From contig MGBO01000021.1 of assembly GCA_001788295.1 (NCBI GenBank), positions 74,003 to 138,002 on the forward strand: a DNA stretch of 64,000 nt, given 5' to 3'. Numbering within the stretch: the first letter of the stretch is position 1; the number at the start of each line of letters is the position of its first letter. Below the pieces are notes generated by a model. The model saw nothing but the letters and a program-made list of their open reading frames with translations. It did not search any database and was not told the DNA's origin. This document shows, one piece after another, positions 1 to 10,210 of the stretch. Source of the stretch: Candidatus Roizmanbacteria bacterium RIFOXYC1_FULL_41_16 (GTDB taxonomy: Bacteria; Patescibacteriota; Microgenomatia; UBA1406). The position numbers were made by a program, and so were the translations under genes.

Positions 1-1280
1 TGTACCGGACGGACTTTGATCACATCTGAGGACAGGTATGTATTAATAGAGGCGTTCCAAAAAGTCGCATAGCCATATTTCAAATTTTGATCCTTTAATT
101 GCTTAAGCAATTGCCAATTGTCTTCGTTTCCAGATACAGTTCGTCGCTGCCACAAAACACTATAAAAAGAAACAGTGTTAAACAAAGCGCTAATCAAAAA
201 AATAGCTAGTAAAAAATTCATTATTATTAATTTTTTTTGCTTCCACAAATCGCTGATTACCATTAACCACATAGTGGGAATCAAGAAAAACAAATAAATA
301 TAATAACGATATAATCCAAAGCTGCCCAATTGTGAAAAGAGCGTTACTCCAATTAAAATAAAAGCCGATGAGCCAAGATAAAGTTTAAGAAAATCGCTTT
401 TACAAAATCCCTGCCAAAAATAATAGCCGAGCATTAACAAGGAAATAATCACACCGGCCAAACTTAAACTACTAATTATGTTGCTAGTTGAGAAATTAAG
501 AACTGCCGAAAAACCAGGTCTTACTAAGGTATGCAAATTAGGAATAAAGTGAGAGAAATTGTTGATGAATGCCTCCAAAGAAATCTGCGGCCTTACCGAA
601 TCAAACGCAAATAATCCGGTTTTCACTAATCCCTTTTCCAAAATTTTCCCTCCCAAAGCCGCCACATAGACAATCAAAGAAATCAGCAAATATCGTGAGT
701 CGTGCTTTTGATAATAAATAATTAAGGCGGAAATAATCACCGGAGCTGCAAAAACAGCCAGGTAATATGGATCGCTAAAAAAAACCAAAATTAAAACCGC
801 AATCAGCAAATAAACCAATTTCGGTTTTAGCTTTCCGCCAAAGATAAAAAGAGACAAAATATAAAAAAGAAGCCCGATCTCAATATTGCGTAAGTGGGGA
901 TGTACTAGATGCAACATCAAATTCCATCCCCCAAATATGACTGTGGTCATCGGTACATAAGCCCACCATTTTGAATCAACATTATTTAACAAAATCACTT
1001 TTTTGTAAAACCACCAATACAAACCATGGGTCAGCAAAAGGCAAAAAAAAGAAATGGCAAAAATTGACCAAAGATTTATGCCAATCAGTGATACCACTAA
1101 TGAATAAAACGGGTATTTGATCATAAAATTATCTGACGGTAAATATACTTTGTCCCTAAAATAATAGGGAAAGAGCAGCAGATTAGAAATATGGTCTGAA
1201 TTAATCTCAGTTTTAAAAACAAAAAAGTAACTTAGAATCGCAGAATAAAAAATCAAACCAAAAACTATCACTCGCTTCAT
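1..1280 (-). CDS. Polytopic membrane protein, probably GT-C-like (partial, runs off the window start)
   Basis: ATG at 1280 (MKRVIVFGLIFYSAILSYFF...INSDH...); hydrophobic and AT-rich; not in the ORF track; N-terminal part translated by hand. Confidence 0.6.
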   Translation of the reverse strand, partial: MKRVIVFGLIFYSAILSYFFVFKTEINSDHISNLLLFPYYFRDKVYLPSDNFMIKYPFYSLVVSLIGINLWSIFAISFFCLLLTHGLYWWFYKKVILLNNVDSKWWAYVPMTTVIFGGWNLMLHLVHPHLRNIEIGLLFYILSLFIFGGKLKPKLVYLLIAVLILVFFSDPYYLAVFAAPVIISALIIYYQKHDSRYLLISLIVYVAALGGKILEKGLVKTGLFAFDSVRPQISLEAFINNFSHFIPNLHTLVRPGFSAVLNFSTSNIISSLSLAGVIISLLMLGYYFWQGFCKSDFLKLYLGSSAFILIGVTLFSQLGSFGLYRYYIYLFFLIPTMWLMVISDLWKQKKLIIMNFLLAIFLISALFNTVSFYSVLWQRRTVSGNEDNWQLLKQLKDQNLKYGYATFWNASINTYLSSDVIKVRPV

Positions 1281-1296
1281 GAATAACAATTATAGC

Positions 1297-1325
1297 TTGC
1301 AATTAACTATTGCACTAATTAAAAT
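1297..1325 (+). promoter_or_regulatory. Sigma70-type promoter giving a leaderless tdh-kbl transcript
   Basis: TTGCAA-17 bp-TAAAAT, 6 nt before ATG 1332, no SD. Confidence 0.55.
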
Positions 1326-1331
1326 GTAATT

Positions 1332-2282
1332 ATGAAAAAGATTTTGGTCACTGGAGCATTCGGCCAAATCGGATCTGAGCTGGTACCCACTCTTCAGCAA
1401 AAATACGGTGAGCAGTCTGTAGTCGCCATGGGCCATTCCAATTACCCCAAGGATTTTAAGGGCATCTTTGAATCCGGTGAAATTACCGATATTAAGTTTT
1501 TAAAAGAACTTGTTGCCAAACATCAGATTGACACTATTTTTCACATGGCTGCTTATCTTTCGGTCAAAAGCGAAATGGACCCGCAAGGCGCCTGGGAAGT
1601 GAACGTCATTGGCCTCAAAAATGTTCTTGATATTGCTAAAGAAGCCAAACTCCAGGTCTTTTGGCCTTCTTCTATTGCTGTTTTTGGACCCACCACGCCA
1701 AGACAAAACACGCCGCAAATTACCCCAATTGAGCCCACCACTATGTACGGAGTCGGTAAGCTTACTGGCGAAAGTCTGTGCCATTATTATCACTTAAAAT
1801 ATGGCTTGGATGTCAGAAGCGTCCGTTATCCGGGATTGTTGGATTACAAAACGCCACCCAGTTTGGGCACTACCGAATACGCCAAAGAAATCTTTTGGAA
1901 AGCGATTAAAGAAAAAAAATACACCGTCCCTTTAAAAGCCGATACCACCATGCCAATGATGTTTATGCTCGACGCAATCAGGGCGACTGTCAGTATTATG
2001 GAGGCGCCGGCTGAAAAAATTAAGATCCGCACCAGTTATAATTTGGCTGCCTTTAGTTTTTCGCCTGAAGATCTTTATAACCAGATCAAGAAATTTGTTC
2101 CGGACTTGGTTATTGAATACAAAGAAACCGAGATTCAAAAAATTGCCGACTCCTGGCCGCAATCGATCGACGATTCTCAAGCTCGAACCGATTGGGGCTG
2201 GCTTCCTCAATACAGCCTGGAGCAATTGGTCGAGGCCATGTATACCAATATTAAGAAACAGATCGACAATGGGGCAAAGTAA
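1332..2282 (+). CDS. tdh: L-threonine 3-dehydrogenase, SDR/NAD-dependent epimerase type
   Basis: TGAFGQIG Rossmann motif, PSSIAVFG, YGVGK, GTTEYA, SWPQSIDDS; adjacent to kbl. Confidence 0.85.
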   Translation: MKKILVTGAFGQIGSELVPTLQQKYGEQSVVAMGHSNYPKDFKGIFESGEITDIKFLKELVAKHQIDTIFHMAAYLSVKSEMDPQGAWEVNVIGLKNVLDIAKEAKLQVFWPSSIAVFGPTTPRQNTPQITPIEPTTMYGVGKLTGESLCHYYHLKYGLDVRSVRYPGLLDYKTPPSLGTTEYAKEIFWKAIKEKKYTVPLKADTTMPMMFMLDAIRATVSIMEAPAEKIKIRTSYNLAAFSFSPEDLYNQIKKFVPDLVIEYKETEIQKIADSWPQSIDDSQARTDWGWLPQYSLEQLVEAMYTNIKKQIDNGAK

Positions 2283-3507
2283 TTTTTTCAAACTCCTTAC
2301 TCAAGAGATTAATCGGATTGATAAGGCCGGCTCAACCAAAAGAAAAGAAAAAATTATCGAACGCTTCACCTCAGGAAAACCGCCACGGGCCATCATTAAC
2401 AAGAAAAAGTATTATATTTTTAATGCCAATGACTATCTGAGTTTAAAATATCGTGCCGAGCTTAAGAAGGGTGAGCATCAAGCCAGTCAGTTGTTTGGCA
2501 GCGGCCCCGGTGCCGTTCGCTTTATTTCCGGCTCTCTCAAAATCCACGCCGATTTGGAAAAAGCCGTTGCCAAATTTCATCATCGCGACGACGCCATTAT
2601 TTACTCCAGTGCTTTTGCCGCCAATCAAGGCGTCATTTTTCCACTCATTGCCGGCCAAGCCAAAACCTCACTCATTCAAGACAAAGTCTTAGTTGTTTCC
2701 GACGAACTCAATCACCGCAGTATTATCGATGCCATCAGGTTAGCTGGTTTACCCAAAGAACAGCGCGCCGTTTTCAAACATCTGGATTTCAAGGATTTGG
2801 AAGCAATAATTAAAAACGCGATCAAAAAATATGACCGTGTTGTTATTGTTACCGATGGCGTCTTCAGTATGCTGGGGCAATTGCAGGATCTGAAACAGTT
2901 GCAACTACTTAAGAAAAAATACGATTCCAAATTCAAAAACGGCCTTATTACCGTTGTCGACGACGCCCATGGTGTAGGTGCGCTTGGCAACACCGGCCGG
3001 GGAACCGAAGAAGTTTACAAAGCTCAAGCCGACGTTTTGATCGGCACCTTTGGCAAGGCTTTTGGTTCAGATGGCGGCTACTGCACAGCTTCTCAAACAG
3101 TCATTGATTATTTGCGTGAATCCTCAGCCACTTATATTTACAGCAATTCCATTAGTCCAGGTACGGCCGGTGCTGCCATATCGGCCATCAAGCTGATGAC
3201 CGGATCAAAAGGCAAGACGATTTTACGCACTTTACACAAAAATATTGCTTATTTTAAAAAACAAGCTGCTGCTGCCAACATTCCTTTTGCCGCCAAATCA
3301 AATCATCCGGTTCAACCGGTGTTGATCGGAGACACTCTCAAAACCAAAGCCATTGTTGCTTCTCTTTTTAAGGTCGGTTTTCTTACTACCGCCATTTCTT
3401 ACCCGGTCGTGCCACTAGGGCGCGACGAAATTCGAGTCCAGATCAACACCAATCATACCTTTCAGTCAATCACCCTGTTGATAAAGGCCTTAAAGAAACT
3501 TCTATAA
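2269..3507 (+). CDS. kbl: 2-amino-3-ketobutyrate CoA ligase (glycine C-acetyltransferase), PLP-dependent
   Basis: GAVRFISG, SDELNHRSIIDAIRL, TDGVFSM, DDAHG, GTFGKAFG; start reset to ATG 2269, overlapping the tdh end. Confidence 0.85.
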   Translation: MGQSNFFKLLTQEINRIDKAGSTKRKEKIIERFTSGKPPRAIINKKKYYIFNANDYLSLKYRAELKKGEHQASQLFGSGPGAVRFISGSLKIHADLEKAVAKFHHRDDAIIYSSAFAANQGVIFPLIAGQAKTSLIQDKVLVVSDELNHRSIIDAIRLAGLPKEQRAVFKHLDFKDLEAIIKNAIKKYDRVVIVTDGVFSMLGQLQDLKQLQLLKKKYDSKFKNGLITVVDDAHGVGALGNTGRGTEEVYKAQADVLIGTFGKAFGSDGGYCTASQTVIDYLRESSATYIYSNSISPGTAGAAISAIKLMTGSKGKTILRTLHKNIAYFKKQAAAANIPFAAKSNHPVQPVLIGDTLKTKAIVASLFKVGFLTTAISYPVVPLGRDEIRVQINTNHTFQSITLLIKALKKLL

Positions 3508-4277
3508 TGAACTCAAATACGGTTTTTCTTCTGGATTTGGACGACACTTTATTTAATACCGAACAATACAAGACGGATTTATTCAACAAAATTGGTCATG
3601 TCATTAATCCTACTGGAGTCGCTGCTCAGGGTGGGGCAGAGATTGCTGCGATATATAATCTTTACAGACAAAATAATCCGGTTTACAACCCCAACGAATT
3701 TGCTCAGTTTCTTAGCTCAACTTTTGGTTATGAAGCCGAAATTCGCGACTGTTTTGAAACCGATTATACTCAATATGTTTTACCAGAAGCAGCCGAACTC
3801 GTTAAACAACTTGCCAAACAAGGTCGTGTCATTATTTGGACAGCTGGCTCTTATCCAGATCAGGCTGCCAAATTAACTAAAAGCGGTCTATTGTTGCCGG
3901 GAAAAAATAATTCTAATATTGTAGACGCCAGTGTTCTTACTCAAGACGTTAATCCCTTGTTCAGACCAGCACCAATTGCAATTGTTGATAGCCGTAAAGA
4001 ACAAGAGCCTAGAGAACAATTGAAGTTTTTTTTAGAAAATTTGCCGGAAAATGAAATTGTGGTTATTGATAACCAAGCTGGCTTAATCAAGCAGGTTGTT
4101 GAGATGAATAATTCTCGGTTAAAAGGGGTTTGGGTTGATCAGGGCGAACAGAAAGACAAAGAATCTGCACAAGAACTCAGAACGAACTTGCCGCCACAAG
4201 TGGAAAGCTTTGCTAGTACAGCCGAGTTTAAACAATATTTGACCAAAGAAACATTCACTCCCGAACAAAAAGGCTAA
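3507..4277 (+). CDS. HAD-superfamily hydrolase-like protein
   Basis: N-terminal LLDLDDTL motif I, WTAG motif II, VVIDN motif IV. Confidence 0.65.
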   Translation: MNSNTVFLLDLDDTLFNTEQYKTDLFNKIGHVINPTGVAAQGGAEIAAIYNLYRQNNPVYNPNEFAQFLSSTFGYEAEIRDCFETDYTQYVLPEAAELVKQLAKQGRVIIWTAGSYPDQAAKLTKSGLLLPGKNNSNIVDASVLTQDVNPLFRPAPIAIVDSRKEQEPREQLKFFLENLPENEIVVIDNQAGLIKQVVEMNNSRLKGVWVDQGEQKDKESAQELRTNLPPQVESFASTAEFKQYLTKETFTPEQKG

Positions 4278-5139
4278 ACACAAACATTCCTAAGTCACGA
4301 ATAAGAATAAATAAACGATAAAGAAGCGAAACCGAGACGCCCAGAGCCAAGCTAATCCCAGCCTCGTCCAGAAAATACCCTAACACTGCCTCGCGTACGC
4401 CCAAACCAGCTGGCGCCGGCAAAAACAAAAATCCGGCGATCCAAGCCAAAATATAGCTCGCTCCCAAATACAGCTGCTTAACCAATCCAACTTCATTAAT
4501 CAAACCAATCCCTTTTAAAAAATAAACAAACGATAAGCCGTTAAACAGCCAAAACAGTAAATTGTTGGCAAAAATATTAGCTAATTCTTTAGGTTCAAAT
4601 TTAATAAAGGTCAGTTCCTGCTTAAATTTAAGACTTTTCCAAAGCCTGTTCAGCCAAGTTAAAAGTTGATTGAGTGATAATAAACCAATAACCAAAGCCA
4701 CCAAAAGAATCAGATTAATCGGGTAGGGCAGCACAAAAAACAAAAAAATCAAACCCACATAAACCATAAAGGCAATATTAAGAAATTGCAACTTAGTCGT
4801 TGTTTTCAGGCTCTTGCCCGAATCAGAGGCTGCCTCAAGCGCCAGGCCAGCATGGTTCCAAATTCCACCGGGTAAATAACGATACAGATTGGTTTTGGCA
4901 ACGGTCTTAAAAAGCCGTGCGTAATTAGTCACAGGCAATTCGCTTTCGTAAAGAGCTTTAATTTTGCCAACCAAGAAAAAAAAGCTCGCTATCGTAAAAA
5001 TCATGGCCAAAAACAAGTTTAGCGGATCAAAACTGAGCTGGTCCAAATTAATCTTATGAGCGCTTTGTGACAAAAATCGGAATATGAAATAGGCCGACAA
5101 AACAAGAAAGACCAGTTGCAGTTTTTTTAGAGTTTTCAT
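4255..5139 (-). CDS. Lysylphosphatidylglycerol-synthase TM / flippase-like membrane protein (UPF0104)
   Basis: RYLPGGIW, PAGLGVRE and LYR motifs; multiple TM helices. Confidence 0.75.
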   Translation of the reverse strand: MKTLKKLQLVFLVLSAYFIFRFLSQSAHKINLDQLSFDPLNLFLAMIFTIASFFFLVGKIKALYESELPVTNYARLFKTVAKTNLYRYLPGGIWNHAGLALEAASDSGKSLKTTTKLQFLNIAFMVYVGLIFLFFVLPYPINLILLVALVIGLLSLNQLLTWLNRLWKSLKFKQELTFIKFEPKELANIFANNLLFWLFNGLSFVYFLKGIGLINEVGLVKQLYLGASYILAWIAGFLFLPAPAGLGVREAVLGYFLDEAGISLALGVSVSLLYRLFILIRDLGMFVFSLFVRE

Positions 5140-5173
5140 AGAATTAGGTGGTTATAGAGTTAATTTTATCAAG

Positions 5174-6112
5174 ATGAAGATATATTTTCCGGACAAACTG
5201 CTGCCAGTTTTTTTTACCCGGGCTGCCCAAAAAAAAACTTTGTTTAACGATTATGTGGTCGATCTCTTGACTCAGCTACAGCAAAAAATTCAAAACGAGC
5301 CCGGTTTTGACATCAAAATCGAAGACAAAATCAACCTCTCCCAATGGATTATTTTGCAGGCGCTTACCCAATTTGAAAAACAGAAGATTACTCTCGCCTG
5401 GACCGGCGGCAAAGATTCCACTCTTATTCTTTGGATGGTCCGCGAGGTGGTTGAAAAACATAAACTGAAAATGCCTCACTGTATGTTTATCAACGAAGGC
5501 CATGTTTTTGAAGAAATTACTGATTTTGTCAAAGAGTTGACTCAAAAATGGAAACTACAAGTCACAGAAGTCCATAATCACAACGTTTCCAGCCAAGCCA
5601 AAAAAATCGGTGATCCCATCACTGTTGCCAAACTGGACGAAATCAACCGCCAGGAAATTAAGCGCTTGGGCTACAATAAGCCCACTTTTCCGTATGAACC
5701 GGAAAGCTATGTCGGCAATCATTTAATGAAAACTGTGGCCATGAACCGCTTTTTGGCCGAGACCAAATACAATGCCGTTATTACCGGAATCCGCTGGGAC
5801 GAGCAAGAAGCACGCGCTCACGAACAATATTTTTCACCCCGAGGCGATAAATTTACACCCGATCATATGCGCATTCACCCAATTTTGCATCTGACTGAAA
5901 AAGAAATTTGGGAAGCCATTCGTAAATTCAAAATCCCTTACTGTAAATTGTACAAAGAAGGTTACCGATCTCTTGGTGCAAAGGGAACCACTCATAAAGC
6001 CGGCAATAAACCTGCCTGGGAGCAGGATTTCGACAAGGTTCCTGAGCGCGCTGGCCGCCGGCAAGACAAAGAGGGGATTATGGCTAACTTGCGCAAACTC
6101 GGCTACATGTAA
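5174..6112 (+). CDS. PAPS-reductase-family protein, CysD (sulfate adenylyltransferase subunit 2)-like
   Basis: PP-loop WTGGKDS, GIRWDEQEAR, RIHPIL, GYRSLG; ends LRKLGYM with no ECGLH reductase motif. Confidence 0.75.
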   Translation: MKIYFPDKLLPVFFTRAAQKKTLFNDYVVDLLTQLQQKIQNEPGFDIKIEDKINLSQWIILQALTQFEKQKITLAWTGGKDSTLILWMVREVVEKHKLKMPHCMFINEGHVFEEITDFVKELTQKWKLQVTEVHNHNVSSQAKKIGDPITVAKLDEINRQEIKRLGYNKPTFPYEPESYVGNHLMKTVAMNRFLAETKYNAVITGIRWDEQEARAHEQYFSPRGDKFTPDHMRIHPILHLTEKEIWEAIRKFKIPYCKLYKEGYRSLGAKGTTHKAGNKPAWEQDFDKVPERAGRRQDKEGIMANLRKLGYM

Positions 6113-6118
6113 CCATCC

Positions 6119-6139
6119 GTTCCATTTCGGGAATGGAAC
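6119..6139. repeat. Palindrome family A, copy 1 (intergenic, between convergent genes)
   Basis: GTTCCATTTCGGGAATGGAAC; 19-bp core identical at 9997-10015 (reverse) and 55472-55490. Confidence 0.85.
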
Positions 6140-6147
6140 AGGCCGAT

Positions 6148-7605
6148 CTAAAGCTCTATTTGATTAAGCAAATCTGAATTTTGTGAATCAAGAATACTCT
6201 TACCCTCAAAGTAATCAGGAACCGAAACCCCAAGCAGATTCAATAAAGTGGCGCTAGTTTCGTAAATATTGATATTGGTTCGCTTCTTAGCAAGCTTAAC
6301 TTTGTTTGCCAAAGCCAATATTCCTAATGGCCTGTGTTCGCCGCTCTTTAAAGTGTGCGGAGTAGAAAATACCTGATTGTCCAAAAACGGACTGATTGCG
6401 CTCGCTCCATAAGCATACTGGCCGGCGCTGTACAGCAAATCCGGGCCGTACTTAGAATAAGGACCGTGATAAACCGCTTTTTTCTCCCAAATCTGATCGA
6501 TCACCGGCTGACCATGATCGGATAATTTATTTAGAGCCGTCCGAACCAGCTGTTGGCTTTTCTGATCTTTTTTAATCAAATAAATATTACCGTAATATCC
6601 AAACGCAAACGCCAATGACTTTTGCCAATCAATATCCGACAGTTCCAAAAACAGTTTAATTTTCTGGGCTTTCCCGCGTCCCTTACTGGAACTGGGGAGT
6701 TTGTTCAGCTTAAGAGCCAGTTTGGCAACGTTGCTTGGCGTCACCCCCAGATCAAACAGCATCTTCTTGGCCCGGGTTTTAAAATCCGTTTTTAGTACTA
6801 GTAAACCCTGTTTAAGAAAATAAGTGTTTAAGTTTAAATTCTTAAGGTACGGTCCGGCGCCATGATCAGAAAACACCAAATACTGAGCAAAACGATTTTG
6901 CTCTAACTTGGTTAATAAATAACGATCAATTTGCCTATAAACCTTGAGCATTTTCTCAGGCTGATGAAAAAACCAGTGCTGCACGTGATCCACTTCCATA
7001 AAATTAACGGCAAACAAATCCCAATCAGCCTTAGATTCGGCCCAGTCAAAAACTTTAATTTTTTGTCTGATGCTTTCAATTAGCTCGTGAAAATAGGCGC
7101 TTTGAGAGGCTTGATCCATTCCATAGCGAACCTTCTCAGTAAAACTATAGTCGGGAAAACGGTTTTTAAACTCACCTTGTAAATCGCGTGGATAGATAAA
7201 ATCAGCCTCCAGATTTGGAGTCAGAAAGCCGGACAAAAATAAGCCCTTAACCGGCCGGAGCGGGTAAGTAAAAGGCAAGTTCAATACTGCTATTTTCTTT
7301 TGCTGTCGAGACAATATTTCAAAAATGGTTGGTTTTTGATTACTGTCAGCCAAGTTCACAGTTATCTGTTTATTTTTATCAAATCGATAAAAGTCAAAAA
7401 CGTTGTGTTTGCCGGCGTTTACTCCGGTATAAAGACTGGTCCAAGCCACAGGAGTGAGAGGCGGCACGGTTGATTCCAAGTTCAAAGCCAAGCCTGTTTT
7501 TAGCAATCTGGCAAAACCAGGCAATCGGCCAGCTTTTACCCAAGGTTTGATCAAATCCCAAGTAGCGCTGTCAATGCCTAAAAAAAAGAGCGAGTTTGGC
7601 TTCAT
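6148..7605 (-). CDS. Alkaline-phosphatase-superfamily / type I phosphodiesterase-NPP protein (COG3379-like), paralog 2
   Basis: GIDSATW, STVPPLTPVAW, DHVQH, FSDHG, SGEHR. Confidence 0.8.
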   Translation of the reverse strand: MKPNSLFFLGIDSATWDLIKPWVKAGRLPGFARLLKTGLALNLESTVPPLTPVAWTSLYTGVNAGKHNVFDFYRFDKNKQITVNLADSNQKPTIFEILSRQQKKIAVLNLPFTYPLRPVKGLFLSGFLTPNLEADFIYPRDLQGEFKNRFPDYSFTEKVRYGMDQASQSAYFHELIESIRQKIKVFDWAESKADWDLFAVNFMEVDHVQHWFFHQPEKMLKVYRQIDRYLLTKLEQNRFAQYLVFSDHGAGPYLKNLNLNTYFLKQGLLVLKTDFKTRAKKMLFDLGVTPSNVAKLALKLNKLPSSSKGRGKAQKIKLFLELSDIDWQKSLAFAFGYYGNIYLIKKDQKSQQLVRTALNKLSDHGQPVIDQIWEKKAVYHGPYSKYGPDLLYSAGQYAYGASAISPFLDNQVFSTPHTLKSGEHRPLGILALANKVKLAKKRTNINIYETSATLLNLLGVSVPDYFEGKSILDSQNSDLLNQIEL

Positions 7606-9086
7606 TATATTTCAATCTCATCAATTGATAACGATTCTGCTTTGTCAATTATCGCCTGGCCAAGACAATAATCAGGAACAGGCTCGTTAAAAAAACGCAA
7701 AATAGTTGGAGTAATATCTTCCAAACAAGGCTTCGTCACCTTAAGGTCAGTTTTTGGATACAAGCCCAATATACCGTTTATCCGATGCTCACCGGATTTA
7801 TTGGTAATAGGGTCTGTAAACAGCTTATTGCCGGAAAAAGCATAAATGTTGGTTGACACAATGGCGCCTTCTTTCAATAAAAATTGAATGTTAGGAATGG
7901 TTTTAGGCAAAACTTTGGTTTGATAAATATTTTCTGAGCTATCAACAAAGGTTAGTTCTTTCTTAAAGTCTTGTCGGAGAGCGGTTAATATTTCTGTCAG
8001 CAACTTCTTATTTTTTTGTGTTAAGAAAATACCGCCGTACATGCCAAAAGAATAAGCCCGGGTTTTATGCCAATCCAGATCAGCATAGGACAAAATCAGT
8101 TTGTTAAGAAATCGGTTTCGAGTTTGCATTTTAATCCTACCGGCTTTTCTCACCAAGCCAAGTTTGGAGGCCAATCCTATCAGTTTCTCAGGATTAAAGC
8201 CTAAATTCGTCAGTAGTCGTTTCATTAAAACCAGGGGCGTATTTTTAAAATAAAGATATCCTTTTTCTCTTAGCCAATGATTAAGAAAAACGGTTTTCTC
8301 CAATTTACCGGCGCCATGATCAGAAAAAATCATAATCTGATATTGGTCGCTATATTTGGTTAGAACTTCCAATAGATATTGGTCAACAATTTGATAAACC
8401 TTTAAAATCGCGTCGTGATAAGGGGAATTTGGCTGATCCATAAACTCCCAGAAAAAATGCTGCACATGGTCAACTGCCATAAAATTAACTGCAAACAAAT
8501 CCCAGTCATCCTTTGCAAAAAGCCATTTGGCTACACGAGCCGTCTCCCTGGCGTCTTCCAGGTTTTCTTTAAACCTCAACTCATAACTTTTGGGGTCGTT
8601 TTTACTCACTTTGGTTCCTGGGGCAAAATGAAATTTGGGAAAACGCTTGAGAAACTCCGGTTTCAGGCTTTTGGGTTTAATAAAGTCCGCTTTAATTCCC
8701 GGTGTCATTAATCCGGAAATCATAATGCCGTTCACTTTCTTAAAAGGATAGGTAATAGGCAAATTACAAACCGCGATTTTTTTACCAGCTCGGCTCAAAA
8801 TGTCCCAGAAAAATGCATGAGAAAGTTCCGAAGCGAGGTTTACCGTAATCTGACGACTCGCATCCAGTCGATAAAAATCATAGAATCCATGAACAGCCGG
8901 CGACACGCCGGTCATTGCCGTTGGCCAAGCCACCGGTGTAATTGGGGGCATTGTGGAGCGCAAATCAAGGGTGGAACCCTGTTTCAGCAGTTTCCAAAAG
9001 CCTGGAAGCTTACCGGCCTTGGCCCATGGAACAATCAAATCCCAAGTGGCGCTGTCAATGCCAAAGAAAAAAAGTTTTTTTTTCAT
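7605..9086 (-). CDS. Alkaline-phosphatase-superfamily / type I phosphodiesterase-NPP protein (COG3379-like), paralog 1
   Basis: GIDSATW, STMPPITPVAW, DHVQH, FSDHG, SGEHR; tandem paralog of 6148-7605. Confidence 0.8.
   Translation of the reverse strand: MKKKLFFFGIDSATWDLIVPWAKAGKLPGFWKLLKQGSTLDLRSTMPPITPVAWPTAMTGVSPAVHGFYDFYRLDASRQITVNLASELSHAFFWDILSRAGKKIAVCNLPITYPFKKVNGIMISGLMTPGIKADFIKPKSLKPEFLKRFPKFHFAPGTKVSKNDPKSYELRFKENLEDARETARVAKWLFAKDDWDLFAVNFMAVDHVQHFFWEFMDQPNSPYHDAILKVYQIVDQYLLEVLTKYSDQYQIMIFSDHGAGKLEKTVFLNHWLREKGYLYFKNTPLVLMKRLLTNLGFNPEKLIGLASKLGLVRKAGRIKMQTRNRFLNKLILSYADLDWHKTRAYSFGMYGGIFLTQKNKKLLTEILTALRQDFKKELTFVDSSENIYQTKVLPKTIPNIQFLLKEGAIVSTNIYAFSGNKLFTDPITNKSGEHRINGILGLYPKTDLKVTKPCLEDITPTILRFFNEPVPDYCLGQAIIDKAESLSIDEIEI
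8967..8980. repeat. Palindrome family C, copy inside a CDS (encodes QGSTL)
   Basis: AAGGGTGGAACCCT, the reverse complement of the 59402-59415 sequence. Confidence 0.5.
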
Positions 9087-10210
9087 TTTTCAATAATTGT
9101 CTTGGCCAATTGCTGCCAAGTTAATTTTGGTTTTATCCGCTTAATCTCACTGGTAAACTGGCCCTTATTTTGCAGCACCTGCTTGATTCCGGTAGCAAGG
9201 GCATTCACTTGACCGGATTTTACCAAAACTCCCACTTTGCCTAAAGCAAACAGATCAGGATTGTCCGCCACGTCAGTCGCCAAAAGAGGCTTATCAAAAG
9301 TCAAGGCAATCTTAGCCGGACCTGAGCCCGAACCAGCCAAATAGGGGATTACAACCGCATCACAAGCGACAAAATACCAGGCCACCTCAGAATCGGCCAG
9401 ATAACGATCAATTATTTTTACCCGGGCTCTGAATTTAGGTTTAATCATTTGCCAATATTTTTGCTTATCTTCCCAAAACTCTCCGGCAATCAGCAAATTA
9501 ATTTTCTGGCCTTTTCTCCACAGTTGGCTCAAAGCTTGCAAAAGCACATTCAGGCCTTTATATGGCCGCACATGGCCAAAAAATAATAACAGCGGAGAAT
9601 GCAGTTTTAAGTGGCTCTGCGCCTGTGCTTGAGTTATTCTGTCTTGCTTAAAGAAATGGTAAAGAGGGTGAAATGTCAGCCTGATCTTTTTGTCAGGCAT
9701 CAATTGATGAAGATCTCTCTGTATTTCTTTGTTATGAACGACAATTATATCAGCCTGAGCCAAAATCAAATGAGAACACCATCGCTTATACAGCGCCTGT
9801 TCGTGATCAAAATGATTGTGAGCAATAATTACTATTTTAGAACGTGACAGTAGCTTGATTCCCAAAAGCACAAACCAAAACGGCAGAGTCCAAAACCAGG
9901 TCCACCACTGACAAATCACTATTTCCGGCTTTTTTTTCACAATAAATCTCACCGTCTGCCACCAAGTCACGGGATTCAGCCAGTCCAGTTGCTCTATTCC
10001 ATTCCCGAAATGGAATAGGCTGTCAGGACTGGGTGTTTTTGCGCCGGGAAAAAATCTAGCTGGGTAACCGCGTTTAAAACCAACCATGGCCACCCGATAA
10101 TGTTCTTTTTTTAGCTCCAGATACAAACTCTGAGTGTAATGTACAATCCCGCCTTTAAAACGAGGCGCAGTCGGACCTATTAAAACAATGGACGGTTTTA
10201 CTTTGTCCAT
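9083..10210 (-). CDS. Glycosyltransferase family 4
   Basis: FKGGIVHY, LLFFGHVRPYKGL, DAVVIPY; start reset to ATG 10210. Confidence 0.85.
   Translation of the reverse strand: MDKVKPSIVLIGPTAPRFKGGIVHYTQSLYLELKKEHYRVAMVGFKRGYPARFFPGAKTPSPDSLFHFGNGIEQLDWLNPVTWWQTVRFIVKKKPEIVICQWWTWFWTLPFWFVLLGIKLLSRSKIVIIAHNHFDHEQALYKRWCSHLILAQADIIVVHNKEIQRDLHQLMPDKKIRLTFHPLYHFFKQDRITQAQAQSHLKLHSPLLLFFGHVRPYKGLNVLLQALSQLWRKGQKINLLIAGEFWEDKQKYWQMIKPKFRARVKIIDRYLADSEVAWYFVACDAVVIPYLAGSGSGPAKIALTFDKPLLATDVADNPDLFALGKVGVLVKSGQVNALATGIKQVLQNKGQFTSEIKRIKPKLTWQQLAKTIIEK
9994..10018. repeat. Palindrome family A, copy 2 (in-frame in GT4, encodes LFHFGNGI)
   Basis: CTATTCCATTCCCGAAATGGAATAG. Confidence 0.85.

Noticed and set aside
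2095..2268. Long N-terminal extensions in the ORF track (kbl, GT4, GH57, dnaB, tgt, rpmE, obg)
   Set aside because: Most overlap neighbouring genes or promoter regions; homology starts at downstream ATGs, often with their own -10 box
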